This document shows, piece by piece, positions 21,104 to 32,281 of a DNA stretch of 64,000 nucleotides; positions within the stretch are counted from its first letter, which is position 1; every line of letters begins with the position of its first letter. A program made the translations under genes and the position numbers. The notes beneath the pieces are model-generated. The model did not search any database, was not told the DNA's origin, and was given only the letters and a program-made list of their open reading frames with translations. This DNA is from Verrucomicrobiales bacterium (GTDB lineage Bacteria > Verrucomicrobiota > Verrucomicrobiia > Verrucomicrobiales > V1-33). Location of the stretch: the NCBI GenBank assembly GCA_031411295.1, contig JANOAV010000033.1, forward strand, positions 22,246 through 86,245, in the 5' to 3' direction.

Positions 21104-24100
21104 CCCGCCACGGTCGCGCGTCGGCGGCGTTCGCGATAGCCGATGCAGCCCAAGAGCAGTGCAGCCGCGGCCACGGCTCCGGGCTCTGGAACGGGCACGA
21201 GTTCATTGCCAGCAATGAATCCTGCGCCACCCGTGCCGATTTCGTTGCCGCCGTTGTCACTATAGAAATGAACTTTGGTGAGATCGATAATGCCTTGGTT
21301 GGTGAAGGTGAGCTTGTCCCCGAGGCTGGCAGTCCAGGCGGCTCCGCCCGTGTAGTTCCAAATATTGAGGATGCCCGTCCAGACACCGGAGTCAGCGAAT
21401 GTCAGCACAGAACTCGACCCTGCTCCAAGATCCAACACGGCATCACCATTCACCGTGAGTTGGCCGGTGCTGGCGCTGTTGCCGCCGGTATTCAGGGTGG
21501 TGCCCGTGCTGAGGACTAGGTTTGCTGTGGACGGCAGTGCGGTGGTGCTCGCAAGCAACAGCGTGCCCCCGTTGAGATTCGTGGAACCGGTGTAAGTGTT
21601 GTTTCCGCTGATCGTTTGCACGCCACCGCCGGATTTAGTGATACTTCCGCCATTGCCACTGAAATTTCCGTCGGCAGTGGCATTGATCGCATCACCAAAC
21701 TCCAGAGCCTTCGCGCCCAGCACCACAGTGGATCCTGCCACGCTGTTGAGCGAACCGATTTTCTCGCTGGCACCAGAAATGGCGCTAATGTCGAACGAAC
21801 TCGTTGCACCGACTAACACCACGGCATTCGCATCCCCTAATCCTGCTCCCGCCCCCAATGCCAGCGTGCCGTTTGCGACCGTCGTCAGTCCAGTGTAAGC
21901 AATGTTTCCGCCTTCCAGCGTGAGCTTGCCGGAGCCGGACTTGGTGAGGCTTAGTTTGAAAGCGTCGTTGCCAGTGTTATCGCGAATGTAGCCGCTGTAA
22001 ACGGTATCCGTGCTCTGATTTACCGTCAGCGTGGAACTGGACGTGGCTGGGCCGATGCCGCCATGCGAGTTCTGCACGACGGCAAAAACATTCGTGGAGG
22101 CCAGCGAGGCAATCGTCTGATTATTGCCATAGAGCGCCATTTCCGAATGCCCAGGCGAGTTGAATAGCACGCCAGAGTTGGGTCCAAACTGATTGGGCGC
22201 GGCCATGATGAGGAAGGATCCCGGATTGGTCATGGTCACATTACCTTGCGTGGCGTTGCCGATGGTGCTCGCGAAGCGCACGTTGCCGCCATTGACGGTG
22301 AGCAGACCAGTCTGGGTGTTATTTCCCGTGAGCACGAGCACATTTCCGCCGGTCTTGGTCAATGGCCCGCTACCGGAAACGTTCCCATTGAAGGTGATGG
22401 CACCGTTGGTGGGATTGATGGTAGTTGGACCTCCCAACGTGATGGGGCCATTGTAATTGTCATTGAATCCGTCCGTCTGCACCGTGCCGCCATTGAAGGT
22501 GAAGGCATTGGCTAAATTCAGTCCACCCCACGGCTGGAGAATCCCGGTGTTCAACGTCACTGGGCCCGCCCCGAACGCCGTATTTTCATGAGGTGCCACG
22601 GTGCCGCCGTTGTTGACAAAGCCAGCCAGATTCGTCGCTCCGGTCAGCAATCCCAAGTAGCCATTACCGACTTTCGTGAGCACGAAGCCACCGCCATCAA
22701 TATGGTTCGTAGTCACGTTAGGATCCGCCACGAAATCCAACCGTCCAATATCCCAGCGGCCCCCGCTATCGCCAATGCTCGCATCCGCGGTCAAAGTGAT
22801 CCCACGGATGCCATTCAGGTTGGCGCCACCGCTATTGCCAATGGCCCCAAAAGTCGGACTGACCCCTGGGCCTGCGATCTGAATGTTTTGCGTGTAGCCC
22901 TGCAGCGTGCGGCCATTGATGTCCAGACTCGCCCCGCTACTGACGCTCACGGTGGCTCCGCTTGCACCCAGAGCGGTATCACTGGCGGCCTTGAGCACGC
23001 CTGCGCTAACCACGGTATTGGCATGACTGTTATTGCCACCTAACGTCAGTGTGCTGGTTCCGGTCTTGGTGAGTGTGCCCCCGCCGGAAATATTGCCGTT
23101 CAGCGTGATGTTGCCATTCGCTGCATCTACCGTAGCGGCTCCGCCCAACGTTACAGCTCCAGAATAAACATCATTGAAGCCCTGATTCTGCCGCAGGGTG
23201 CCGCCGGCATTGATCGTGAGGGCATTGGACATCGTCAGGCCACCGTAAGGCGCGAGCACGCCTCCGTTGTTGATCGTCACTGGCGCGGTGGCGAAGGCGG
23301 TGTTGATCTCCGGTTGCAGCGTGCCGCCGTTGATCACCACTCCGCCCAGGTTGACCGCCGCAGCTTGGATGCCGATGAGATTGTTGCCCACCTTCGTCAG
23401 CGTGAAGCCATTGCCCTGCGTGGTCGATCCCGCCGTGCGGCCAATATCAAAGCGTGCACCATTGTTACCAACGCTCGCATTGCCGCTCAGGGTCAGCGCA
23501 GCGAAGCCACTGTTGTAATTATCCACTGTCGTGAAAATGGCTCCGGTATTGGCATCCACGCCAGTGCCAGAGATGGTCGGTTGATAGGGCAGCAACATGC
23601 CGTTGACATCAATGGCTCCGCTGCCACTAACCGCTACTGACGCCCCCGCCGTGCCAAACGCCGTCGTGCTGCCAGCCTTGACCACCCCAGCGCTGACCGT
23701 CGTTCCGCCAGTAAATGCATTGGCTCCGCTCAGCGTTAAACTTCCCGCTCCGCTCATCTGCACACCGCCAGCACCACTGAGATTTCCGCTGATGGTCAAG
23801 CCTGTGCCGGTGCCTGGGACTACGGTCACGGAACTCGTCAGCGCCACATTCTCTGCGATGGTATGATTCCCGGAAACGAGCCTAATCAGCGCAGGCAAGC
23901 CCGAATTATCCAGCGTGAGATTGCTGCTCCCGGCATTGCCGATGGTGTAGCTGTTGGCATTGTCGAACGTCATGTATCCCAGCGTGTGAGCCGAATCCAC
24001 CGTGACCGTAGCCGCCGCCGTAATGGCAGAGCCGAACAGAGCAGCATCGCCCGCCACGGTTGGTTTGTAATTGGTCCAGTTTCCAGCAGTCGCGTTGGGA

Positions 24101-26508
24101 TCGCCAACACTCCAGTTGCCACCACCGGTCTGATTCCAGATGCCCTGCAGCAGCACGGTATTCAGCGTGACGGTATTCGCATTGACCGTCGGCGTTAGGG
24201 TCAATCTTCCGATTGTCTGACCCGCCAGACTAAAGCCGCCGGTAACAATGGCGCTCGTGGAATTCAGCAGCGTATAACTGCCGCCGTTGGCCAGGGCACC
24301 CAGCACGTTGAAATTCAGCGCACTGTTAGAGGTGAGAGCGAAACTCCCCACATCGATGACATCATTGCTGCCCGGAGCCCCAACATCAAACGTCATGGTG
24401 CCACCCAGCGACAACGGCTTGCCCGTTAAGTTTAACGTGCTCAGCGCCCCGGCCGTGAAACCAAAATTTCCACCCGCAATGGTCAGTCCGGATGTGCTCA
24501 GCGTGCCTGCTGCGGCTCCATTGAGTTGCAGCTTCCCACCGGTCACGAGCGTCGCCCCGCCAAAGGTATTTGCTCCAGTTATCGTCGTCGTGCCGCTGCC
24601 CGCCTGTGTCACTGCGCCAGCTCCAGTGATCGCGTTGTTGAACGCCAAGTCCGTGCTGCGGTTAAATTTCAACGTCCCCTGATTCGCCACCGCGCCAGTG
24701 TTCGTCCCCAGCGACCCAGCGGACCCGCCGAGTTCCAAGGTGCCATTCGCGATGGTGGTGGGGCCGGTGTAAGTATTGGCATTGGTCAGAGCTAATGTTC
24801 CCGTGCCTTGTTTACTCAGCGAGCCACCTTCGGAAATGACTCCCGCAAACGACGTGTCCGTGGCATCTCCCACGGTAAAGGCCGCGCTACCCAGCGTCAC
24901 CCGACTGGTCGGATCCGCCGAAGCCAGCGACCCCACGGTTTGATAATTGACACCACTTAGATCCAACGTGCCGCCGCCGGAAATGGTGACCGCTGTCGTC
25001 ACTGGGAGCAAATCACCCACTCCGGAACCAATGCCGAACCATTTGTAGTTCAAGTAAGACTCCACACGCTGCCGCTCCGTCGTCGTTAGTGCGGTATTGA
25101 AAATAATGACTTCCCCAATTTGCTGGCCGCCAATGCGGCCACCAATGTTCCGATCATTCGCCAGCGAGTTCGCCTGCACATTGCCCGTGGTCACGAGGTC
25201 GATCATTTGATAACCGCTGGACAACGGGGTTGCGGTGCCATCTACGAGAGTCCCGTTAAGGTAGGTCTGACCTGCTTTGATGTTGGCAGCCGCATAAGTC
25301 GGGTGCCAGATGTCAGAAGTTGCCGTCAGGGGATCATCCCGGTGGAAATCATAAGTTCCTGTGCTGCCAAGCAGGAAACCACTACCCTTCATGACCCAGA
25401 AGGCGGAGCGGATATCCGTGAGGTTGCTATTGAACGCCATCGTCTGCCCGGAGTTGCCATTGGCTCCGAAATCCACCATGGCCTTGGAAACACCTGTGAA
25501 CGCGTTGTCGGAGCTTAAATTTGGTCGTGCAGCAGGGGTGCCCTGGCTGGCGAAATTTGCGCCCCCAGCCGCATCATTCCATTGGGACACCGCCGTGCCA
25601 CTGGTGGTCATACTGGAAGTCTTGGCCGCATCCAACCACAGCGTGGATCCCGTGGCCGTGGCCGGACGCAGCGTCCCGCTGGTAATGTTCGTGGCACCAG
25701 TATAGGCCTGAGCCGCCGTCAGCGTCAGCACCCCCGTGCCGGATTTTTCCAGCGATCCGGTTCCGGAAAGAGCGGTCGATTGCTGCGAGCTGGCCGCTAA
25801 ATTATATTTCAGCGTCGCTCCACTGCCAATGGTGAGAGCAGTCCAATTTTTCGCGCTGGTAATCGTGGCGATGTTCCCCGGGGACACGCCGGTGGCGCGC
25901 AATTGCAGACCGTTAATCTGCGCGCTGGCAGTTGCTGTGATGGAGAGCACTTGATTGGTCGCATCCGCCGTGAAATTCCCCGTCACAAACGATCCCACCC
26001 CACCAGCTCCAGAATTGCTGTAATTCAGCGTGCCCGAGCCAGAAATGCTCTCCGAACGACCCGCGCAACAACCACGGGAATCATTGACCCAAGCCTGCAC
26101 TTGATAGTCCAAACCAATATTCAAATTATTCAGCGTAACCGATCCCGTCGTGCCGCCATAGTAGCCGTTTGTCAGCAACGTCTTATAAGCCAGCGAAAGA
26201 TTCCCAAAAGGCGTCCCCTCGCCATACCCATTGTAACCGTTCCCCAAACCCGACTGCGTATCCCCGCCCCCAAACGTCGTAAATGTAACTCCGTTAATGG
26301 TGGTGGAGCCAGCACCAAACAACCAGGCGCGATCCGCCGCTCCCACCGTGCTCACATCCGTGTCTCCGGAGACCACGCTTACAGCATTCCAATTGATGGT
26401 GGCTGCAGCCCCCCACGAAGGTAAATGGGCCAGGCAAACAAGACTAAGAATGATGGCAGACCGACCGGATCGACCGGATCGACGTTGAGCGTTGGTAGCA
26501 ATATTCAT
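21100..26508 (-). CDS. Large surface protein with autotransporter-associated beta-strand repeats, a LamG-like domain and a PEP-CTERM anchor
   Basis: Many L.K.G.GTL.L...NTYTG.T repeats; LWLDAA...W.D segment; C-terminal VPEPG, transmembrane helix and RERRRR. Confidence 0.88.
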   Translation of the reverse strand: MNIATNAQRRSGRSGRSAIILSLVCLAHLPSWGAAATINWNAVSVVSGDTDVSTVGAADRAWLFGAGSTTINGVTFTTFGGGDTQSGLGNGYNGYGEGTPFGNLSLAYKTLLTNGYYGGTTGSVTLNNLNIGLDYQVQAWVNDSRGCCAGRSESISGSGTLNYSNSGAGGVGSFVTGNFTADATNQVLSITATASAQINGLQLRATGVSPGNIATITSAKNWTALTIGSGATLKYNLAASSQQSTALSGTGSLEKSGTGVLTLTAAQAYTGATNITSGTLRPATATGSTLWLDAAKTSSMTTSGTAVSQWNDAAGGANFASQGTPAARPNLSSDNAFTGVSKAMVDFGANGNSGQTMAFNSNLTDIRSAFWVMKGSGFLLGSTGTYDFHRDDPLTATSDIWHPTYAAANIKAGQTYLNGTLVDGTATPLSSGYQMIDLVTTGNVQANSLANDRNIGGRIGGQQIGEVIIFNTALTTTERQRVESYLNYKWFGIGSGVGDLLPVTTAVTISGGGTLDLSGVNYQTVGSLASADPTSRVTLGSAAFTVGDATDTSFAGVISEGGSLSKQGTGTLALTNANTYTGPTTIANGTLELGGSAGSLGTNTGAVANQGTLKFNRSTDLAFNNAITGAGAVTQAGSGTTTITGANTFGGATLVTGGKLQLNGAAAGTLSTSGLTIAGGNFGFTAGALSTLNLTGKPLSLGGTMTFDVGAPGSNDVIDVGSFALTSNSALNFNVLGALANGGSYTLLNSTSAIVTGGFSLAGQTIGRLTLTPTVNANTVTLNTVLLQGIWNQTGGGNWSVGDPNATAGNWTNYKPTVAGDAALFGSAITAAATVTVDSAHTLGYMTFDNANSYTIGNAGSSNLTLDNSGLPALIRLVSGNHTIAENVALTSSVTVVPGTGTGLTISGNLSGAGGVQMSGAGSLTLSGANAFTGGTTVSAGVVKAGSTTAFGTAGASVAVSGSGAIDVNGMLLPYQPTISGTGVDANTGAIFTTVDNYNSGFAALTLSGNASVGNNGARFDIGRTAGSTTQGNGFTLTKVGNNLIGIQAAAVNLGGVVINGGTLQPEINTAFATAPVTINNGGVLAPYGGLTMSNALTINAGGTLRQNQGFNDVYSGAVTLGGAATVDAANGNITLNGNISGGGTLTKTGTSTLTLGGNNSHANTVVSAGVLKAASDTALGASGATVSVSSGASLDINGRTLQGYTQNIQIAGPGVSPTFGAIGNSGGANLNGIRGITLTADASIGDSGGRWDIGRLDFVADPNVTTNHIDGGGFVLTKVGNGYLGLLTGATNLAGFVNNGGTVAPHENTAFGAGPVTLNTGILQPWGGLNLANAFTFNGGTVQTDGFNDNYNGPITLGGPTTINPTNGAITFNGNVSGSGPLTKTGGNVLVLTGNNTQTGLLTVNGGNVRFASTIGNATQGNVTMTNPGSFLIMAAPNQFGPNSGVLFNSPGHSEMALYGNNQTIASLASTNVFAVVQNSHGGIGPATSSSTLTVNQSTDTVYSGYIRDNTGNDAFKLSLTKSGSGKLTLEGGNIAYTGLTTVANGTLALGAGAGLGDANAVVLVGATSSFDISAISGASEKIGSLNSVAGSTVVLGAKALEFGDAINATADGNFSGNGGSITKSGGGVQTISGNNTYTGSTNLNGGTLLLASTTALPSTANLVLSTGTTLNTGGNSASTGQLTVNGDAVLDLGAGSSSVLTFADSGVWTGILNIWNYTGGAAWTASLGDKLTFTNQGIIDLTKVHFYSDNGGNEIGTGGAGFIAGNELVPVPEPGAVAAAALLLGCIGYRERRRRATVAG

Positions 26509-26721
26509 AAAATAAATGGACTAAAATGGTTCCTCGATAGCGCCAGCCATGTTACCGGGAAATTCAGGATGTGTCGATAGGTTTTCCCACGTAAATGAAC
26601 CGCACGAAATGTCCAATACCTAATAAAAAATGGCCCCACTTTCCGGCACCCTGCATTGCGAAGTCTGCACTTGGGTGGGCGCAACCAGAGCGGAGCAACC
26701 CAAAGACCGGCGGTGCTCCGC

Positions 26722-28137
26722 TCACGCACCCGCCAATTCATGCAGCACGGTGCCGCCGTTGGTGATTCTGCGGGGCCGGTTCAACGGATCGAGGAATTCT
26801 CCGGCGGGGTCGATGCCGAGGAAATGGAAAATGGTGGCAGCCAAGTCTGGTGGCCGGACAGGGCGCGTTTGTGGCATGCCGCCGATGCGGTCGCTGGAGC
26901 CGATGATCTGACCACCGCCGATGCCGGCCCCGGCCATGACCACGGAAAACACGGAACCCCAGTGGTCGCGTCCGCCGTTCGGATTCACCTTGGGAGAGCG
27001 ACCAAATTCACCCATGGCCACGACGAGTGTTTCCTCCAGCAATCCACGTTGGTGGAGATCGTCGATGAGCGTGGCGTAGGTGCGGTCGAATTGCGGGCAG
27101 AGCACGTTGCGCACGCGGTTCGCATTGTCTGCATGCGTGTCCCAGAGCGGGCTGCCCTTTACTTCCTGATCGCCCTCGCGCGGCCAGTTTACTTGCACGA
27201 GGCGGGTGCCGGCCTCGACCAGACGGCGGGCGAGCAGCACGCTCTGGCCAAATTTATGGGTGCCGTAAGCGTCGCGCGACAGGGCGGATTCCTTTTCCAG
27301 CGCGAAGGCGGCCCGGCTGGATTCTGAATGCAGCAGGTCGAATGCCTTCTGGTGCATCTCGCCCATTTCCGCCACCACGCCACTCTTAATGCCGGTGGTG
27401 AAATGCTGGTCCATTTGCTGGAGCAGTTCAAAGCGTTCTCCCAAGCGCAGCGCGCTCATGCTTTCATCCAGCGTCATGCCTTCGATCCGCATGGGCAATT
27501 GCGTCGGATCACATTTCATCAACGTGGGATGCCACTTGGAACCCATGAAGCCGCCATTTTGGCCGGGCCAGACGATGTGGCCGTCGTTGTAAAGTTCATC
27601 CGGCAACACGACCGACGACAGCGGAGATCGGGTGCTCGGGCGCAGGGCTCCCACCGCTGCGGGGATGCTGGGCCAGTCGTCGGGGCTGGGCGGGACATTT
27701 TCCGCCTTACTGGCGGGTTCATAACCCGTGAGCATGCAGGCCCCGCTCGTGGAGTGAGAATGAATGTCCGTGCACATCGAGCGGATCACCGCCAGATGAT
27801 GCGCCACCTTGGCAGTGTGCGGCAACGTCTCACAAAACTGCATCCCCGGCACGCTCGTGGCAATCGGCCGAAACGTGCCGCGAATGTCCACCGGAGCGTC
27901 AGGCTTGGGATCGAACGTCTCATGCTGCGGCGGACCACCACTGAGAAAGAGAATGATGCAAGACTTCGCCCGCCCGAAATTAGCCGCCCGCGAAATCGCA
28001 GCCGCGTTCGGATTTCCACGAAGCAATTGGGGCAAACTCACGCCCAGCGCGCCCAGACCGCCCACCCGCAACCATTCGCGACGCGACCAACCGTTTGTTT
28101 GGCGCGGCTTGAAATAATGATTTCGTTCCGGAGGCAT
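26722..28137 (-). CDS. DUF1501 domain protein (PVC type)
   Basis: SRREWLRVGGLG, GGPPQHETFDPKP, LLARRLVEAG, WDTH and GEFGRSP...GRDHW motifs. Confidence 0.9.
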   Translation of the reverse strand: MPPERNHYFKPRQTNGWSRREWLRVGGLGALGVSLPQLLRGNPNAAAISRAANFGRAKSCIILFLSGGPPQHETFDPKPDAPVDIRGTFRPIATSVPGMQFCETLPHTAKVAHHLAVIRSMCTDIHSHSTSGACMLTGYEPASKAENVPPSPDDWPSIPAAVGALRPSTRSPLSSVVLPDELYNDGHIVWPGQNGGFMGSKWHPTLMKCDPTQLPMRIEGMTLDESMSALRLGERFELLQQMDQHFTTGIKSGVVAEMGEMHQKAFDLLHSESSRAAFALEKESALSRDAYGTHKFGQSVLLARRLVEAGTRLVQVNWPREGDQEVKGSPLWDTHADNANRVRNVLCPQFDRTYATLIDDLHQRGLLEETLVVAMGEFGRSPKVNPNGGRDHWGSVFSVVMAGAGIGGGQIIGSSDRIGGMPQTRPVRPPDLAATIFHFLGIDPAGEFLDPLNRPRRITNGGTVLHELAGA

Positions 28138-28141
28138 GATG

Positions 28142-30793
28142 TTACTGCACTTCACGCAGCAGTTTCTTGGCCGCTGTTTGCCAGATGCGCAGGATGCCAT
28201 CCTCTCCGCCGACCGCAATGAGTTTTCCGGAGGGGTCTGCTGTTAGGGTGAAGGCGAATCCTTTGCTGCCTGCGAGTGCTTCTTCATTGAGTTTCACGGC
28301 TGCATCCCCACTGGCGCTGGCCACGGTGTCGCCTGTGCCGAGCCAGGCGATGCCACTGACTTCTTTGCTGAAAGTGGTGATGCTTTTGGTTTGTTTGTTG
28401 TCCAACAGATCCCAGAAACGCAGCGTCTTGTCCGCGCCTCCCGTGGCCAGTGCGAGTCCGTCGCTGCGCCATGCGATACTGAGGACCTGACCGCTGTGAC
28501 CTTCAAAAGCCGCCACTCGGTGGCCGTCGGTGACTTGGAAAACACGGGCCCAGCGGTCGCTGCCCGCGGTGGCGATCAACCCATCATCCGGTGAAAAGGC
28601 GAGTGCGTTGACGGTGTCGGAATGAGGATCAGCCAGTGTTAGGACGGGCTTGCCATCCGCCGTGTTCCAGATCTTCACCTCGCCCGAGCGCGAGGGCACG
28701 CCGCCGCCGCTGGCGAGGAGTCGCGTGTCGGATGAGAAACTCAGCGCAGTGATGCGGCTAGCGAGCGTGGCGGCATCATCCGGCTGCCCGATGAGGCGCT
28801 CCATGGCGAACGTGCGTCGTGCTGGCAGGGTGAGAATTTTCTTGTCAGAGCGGGCCGCCAGCAAGCCGTTGGTGGTTGCAGCAATGAACGATGGAGCGGC
28901 TCCCAATGCTGGAACTTCCGCTGCATCCAGCAACTCACCGGTGCTGGTGGCGTGCCATTGCAACCGTCCGCCATCCATGACGATGAGGGCGACTTTGCCA
29001 TGGTCGAGCAACGTGAAACCTTTCGGGGCGGGCAATGCAGCCAGCCCCTTTTTCAATGCTTCCAAGGTAGCGGCCCCTTCAGCCACGGTCGATTCTGCGG
29101 CAGTGGCGGCTCCGTCGGCGGCAGCTTGATTTTGCATCGCTTGGCCTGTTAGTCGCACGGCCAGTTCCGCATTGGTGCGGGCATCGGTAAAGGCGCGTTC
29201 AGCGGCGGTCGCTTCTGTGGCGGCCTTCTTTTCCGCGTCCTGACGCGGTTTGTCAGCAGGCGCTGCGCGAAGTGCTTCTGTTGCCGCTTGGGCCGCAGTG
29301 AGTTTGCGCTGCCAGTCGGCGCGTGTTTTTTCCTGAGCCAGATGCGTCGCGTGGAGGTTTTCGGTTTCTTTTTTTACCGCCTCGGTGGCTGCGGCAAATC
29401 TGGCCTTGCGGGCATCGAGCCTGCGCTGAGCCGCCTGCTGGCGTCGTTCAGCGGTGGTGATGGCTTGTTGCGCAGGGTTCTCCAGTGCTTTGTCAGCCAC
29501 GCGTTTGCCGTCGGCGGTTTCAGTTAGGTGGAGGACAGGCTCTGCGTTTATCCAGAGGATCTGAGTGCCTACAGGATCGGGCGTGGCGAGAGCCGTGATG
29601 GCTTGGTCGTTGAGTTTCCATTCACGCAAGGGAGCTGGCGGAGTGGCGGGAACCTCTTTGGTAAAGGGGTATACGCGCAGGAATCCATCAGCATAAGCGA
29701 CGGCCAATTCGGTGCCATTTTTCAGAAACGTTAGGCCTGTGATCAATGCCGGGGATTCCGCACGATAAACGACGCTGGCCTCGGCCACACTCCAGATGCG
29801 GAAAGTGCGATCCGCAGCGGCGGACACGAGCCATAGACCGTCCGGGGAAAAACACAGTGCCTTGACGGGAGTAGTGTGCTCTTTGCATTCGCGCAGAACG
29901 GGTTTCTCCGCGCCAGATTCCCAGAGCCGGATGATACCCGCCTCATCTCCCGCCGCCGCATGTCGTGCCGAGGTGGCGAAACTCGACGGACTGGAAGGAA
30001 GCTCCATGGCTGGTCGCAGCTCGGTGAGCGGACCACGTCGCCAAAGCCGAATGGTGCGGAATCCGCCCGTGGCCACCAAATCATCGCCTCCGAAAGCCAC
30101 GGACATGATGGCATCCCGATCCGCTGGGGCCTTGTCTTTGTAGAGATCGAGTTTCGCCAGTTCCGGATCCGTCAACAGCCCGAGCGAGATCCCAGTGGCC
30201 ACTTCCGTGAGCTGAACCTGGTTCCCCCGAGCCGCCGCCGCCATGCGCCCGGAACCTGACAACGCGGCGGCATTCACGGGTGCGCCTGTCGCTGGATAGC
30301 CGCGCCATTCAGCGATGTTGTCGGAAACAGGGCCGCCTTTCAGTCCTTGATCGATCCAGAGTTTCAGCAAGCCCAGTTCATCCGGGGTAAGATCCACCGC
30401 GTTAACCTTGTTGCCCGGAGGTGGCATGGCCGATTCTTCGAGATGGGCGGCACTGCGGACTAATAAACTTTCCAAGCCTTTGCCCGCAACCGCAGCAGGT
30501 CCGGTTTCGCCACCCTTGAGAATGCTGGTGGGCGCCTCCAGATTCAATCCCGCCTTGGCTTTGGTGGTGTTATGGCAGGCGAGACAACTTCGCTTCAACA
30601 TCGGGTAGATGTCCTTGGCGAAATCCACCGGAGCCTCACGTTTGACCTCGGCAATCGTGAGCGGAGCGGCGGCAGACGCGGTGGCGACGGAAAATACCAA
30701 CAGGCCGCCCCAAAGGGATAGCCGAAGTTTACCGGACCCGGAGAGACTCAGGGAAGAAACCATGTGGCAGGGCAAGCTCAGGAAGGGGGACAT
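28142..30793 (-). CDS. Planctomycete cytochrome c domain plus WD40 repeat protein
   Basis: VDF.KDIYP.L...CLACH, MPP and WIDQG motifs; multiple WD40 repeats. Confidence 0.88.
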   Translation of the reverse strand: MSPFLSLPCHMVSSLSLSGSGKLRLSLWGGLLVFSVATASAAAPLTIAEVKREAPVDFAKDIYPMLKRSCLACHNTTKAKAGLNLEAPTSILKGGETGPAAVAGKGLESLLVRSAAHLEESAMPPPGNKVNAVDLTPDELGLLKLWIDQGLKGGPVSDNIAEWRGYPATGAPVNAAALSGSGRMAAAARGNQVQLTEVATGISLGLLTDPELAKLDLYKDKAPADRDAIMSVAFGGDDLVATGGFRTIRLWRRGPLTELRPAMELPSSPSSFATSARHAAAGDEAGIIRLWESGAEKPVLRECKEHTTPVKALCFSPDGLWLVSAAADRTFRIWSVAEASVVYRAESPALITGLTFLKNGTELAVAYADGFLRVYPFTKEVPATPPAPLREWKLNDQAITALATPDPVGTQILWINAEPVLHLTETADGKRVADKALENPAQQAITTAERRQQAAQRRLDARKARFAAATEAVKKETENLHATHLAQEKTRADWQRKLTAAQAATEALRAAPADKPRQDAEKKAATEATAAERAFTDARTNAELAVRLTGQAMQNQAAADGAATAAESTVAEGAATLEALKKGLAALPAPKGFTLLDHGKVALIVMDGGRLQWHATSTGELLDAAEVPALGAAPSFIAATTNGLLAARSDKKILTLPARRTFAMERLIGQPDDAATLASRITALSFSSDTRLLASGGGVPSRSGEVKIWNTADGKPVLTLADPHSDTVNALAFSPDDGLIATAGSDRWARVFQVTDGHRVAAFEGHSGQVLSIAWRSDGLALATGGADKTLRFWDLLDNKQTKSITTFSKEVSGIAWLGTGDTVASASGDAAVKLNEEALAGSKGFAFTLTADPSGKLIAVGGEDGILRIWQTAAKKLLREVQ

Positions 30794-30934
30794 TTTATGG
30801 AAACGAAATGGGCTGGCATCCTGCGGGATGCTTGGTGGTTTGGGGTAGATCCGATGGCGTCGCTGATCTAAACACCGGTTTCTACCCTGACCGTCAACGG
30901 TAATTTATTACGTGCTTACTTTACTTCCCCACAA

Positions 30935-32281
30935 CTACAATGGGCGCTGCGAGGCGTCCTCGACTGCACCCCGGGCTTGTTGGGTTTCGATCTCCGCTTC
31001 CAGTCGGCCTAACTCAGCGGCAGACAATTCGACCTCCGCGCTCAGGGCGGAGAGTCGATCTCCTTCACCTGCTTTGACCATGGCTTCAGCGGATTCGAGC
31101 TGTTTCTTTTGTTCCGCCAGCAGCGCATCGGCCGTTTGCTGACGTTGCACGCAGGCTTCGTAACTCACCAAGGCGCGATCGACTTCACCCATGGCTTTGA
31201 CTTGGGCTGATTCCACTTTGACGGCGGCTTCGGTCCGCTTGGCTTCGGCTTCCGCAATGGGTCCTTTATTTTTGTCGAAGATCGGCAGGGTGAGGTTGAC
31301 CCCCAGCGCCCATTTGTTCACGCCTTGATCAAATTGATACCCGGGCCCCAGATGCACGTCCGGATACTGTTTGGCAACTTCCAAACGAAGCGCAGATTCT
31401 GCGGCGGCATACTCTGCCAAAGCGGAAAGCACATCGGGCCGTTGGGTGGCGGCCGCTTGCCGCAAAGCTTTGGCGCTGGGCAGAACGGACGGCTTTTCCA
31501 GCTTGCTGAAATCGAACCCCACATGCTGCAAGGCCGACTGGGGCACGCCGACTTCCACCGCCACATCCGCCTGGGCTTCGGCGGCTTGCTTCTTGGCGGT
31601 AGCGGCTAAGAGCTTGGTCTGACTGACGAGTAACTTAGATTGCAGGAGGACCGGACGCGCCATTTCTCCGGCTTGCACCTGGACGTCCAGAAATTTCACC
31701 GTCTCCTCCTGCACCCCCAACTGTTTCTCCAACACGGCCATGCGACGCTGCGCCCCATGCAAGTCGATCCACGCTTTGCGCAGCTTGGATCGGCTCGCCC
31801 ACATGACTTCAGTTACGTGCAAGGCTGAGGTCTGCGCTTCAGCCACTGCCTTGGCCACGCGGGCATTGCGCTTGCCACCGGTTTCGATGGGAACGTCCAG
31901 CGTGAAACCCATGACCCAGGGAGATCCCCCGCCTGGAATCGCTCGCTCTGGAGCAAAGCCGAGCGTTGGATTCGGGCGCGCTCCGGCGGTTTGCAGGGCG
32001 GCTTTGGCCGTCTCCGCCTGAGCCCGGGCAAGTCTCACGTCGCCATGCAATTGGCTGGAGGCGGTGGCCAAGTTGGCGAAATCCCATTTCCCCGGCACCT
32101 TCTCCCCTGCGGCCTGCATGGCCGAAGTCAGCGTCCGGCTGGAATACTCCTTCACCCCCTGCTCTACCGTAATCGGTTTTGCCTGATAGCTGGTGCAGGC
32201 AGTGATAGACCAGAGGATCCCAACGGCGGCAAGTTGCCCGGCGGCGGGATAAAATTTACGGAAGGAATGAGGAACGATCAT
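30935..32281 (-). CDS. TolC-family outer membrane efflux lipoprotein
   Basis: Lipobox ITAC; PNP.L, IETGGKR.AR, YPD.HLG and LPIFDKN.GPI motifs. Confidence 0.85.
   Translation of the reverse strand: MIVPHSFRKFYPAAGQLAAVGILWSITACTSYQAKPITVEQGVKEYSSRTLTSAMQAAGEKVPGKWDFANLATASSQLHGDVRLARAQAETAKAALQTAGARPNPTLGFAPERAIPGGGSPWVMGFTLDVPIETGGKRNARVAKAVAEAQTSALHVTEVMWASRSKLRKAWIDLHGAQRRMAVLEKQLGVQEETVKFLDVQVQAGEMARPVLLQSKLLVSQTKLLAATAKKQAAEAQADVAVEVGVPQSALQHVGFDFSKLEKPSVLPSAKALRQAAATQRPDVLSALAEYAAAESALRLEVAKQYPDVHLGPGYQFDQGVNKWALGVNLTLPIFDKNKGPIAEAEAKRTEAAVKVESAQVKAMGEVDRALVSYEACVQRQQTADALLAEQKKQLESAEAMVKAGEGDRLSALSAEVELSAAELGRLEAEIETQQARGAVEDASQRPL

Noticed and set aside
21100..26508. Classical autotransporter or DGR target
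   Set aside because: There is no beta-barrel (the C-terminus is PEP-CTERM) and no reverse transcriptase or template repeat in the window. This architecture is common in Verrucomicrobia.
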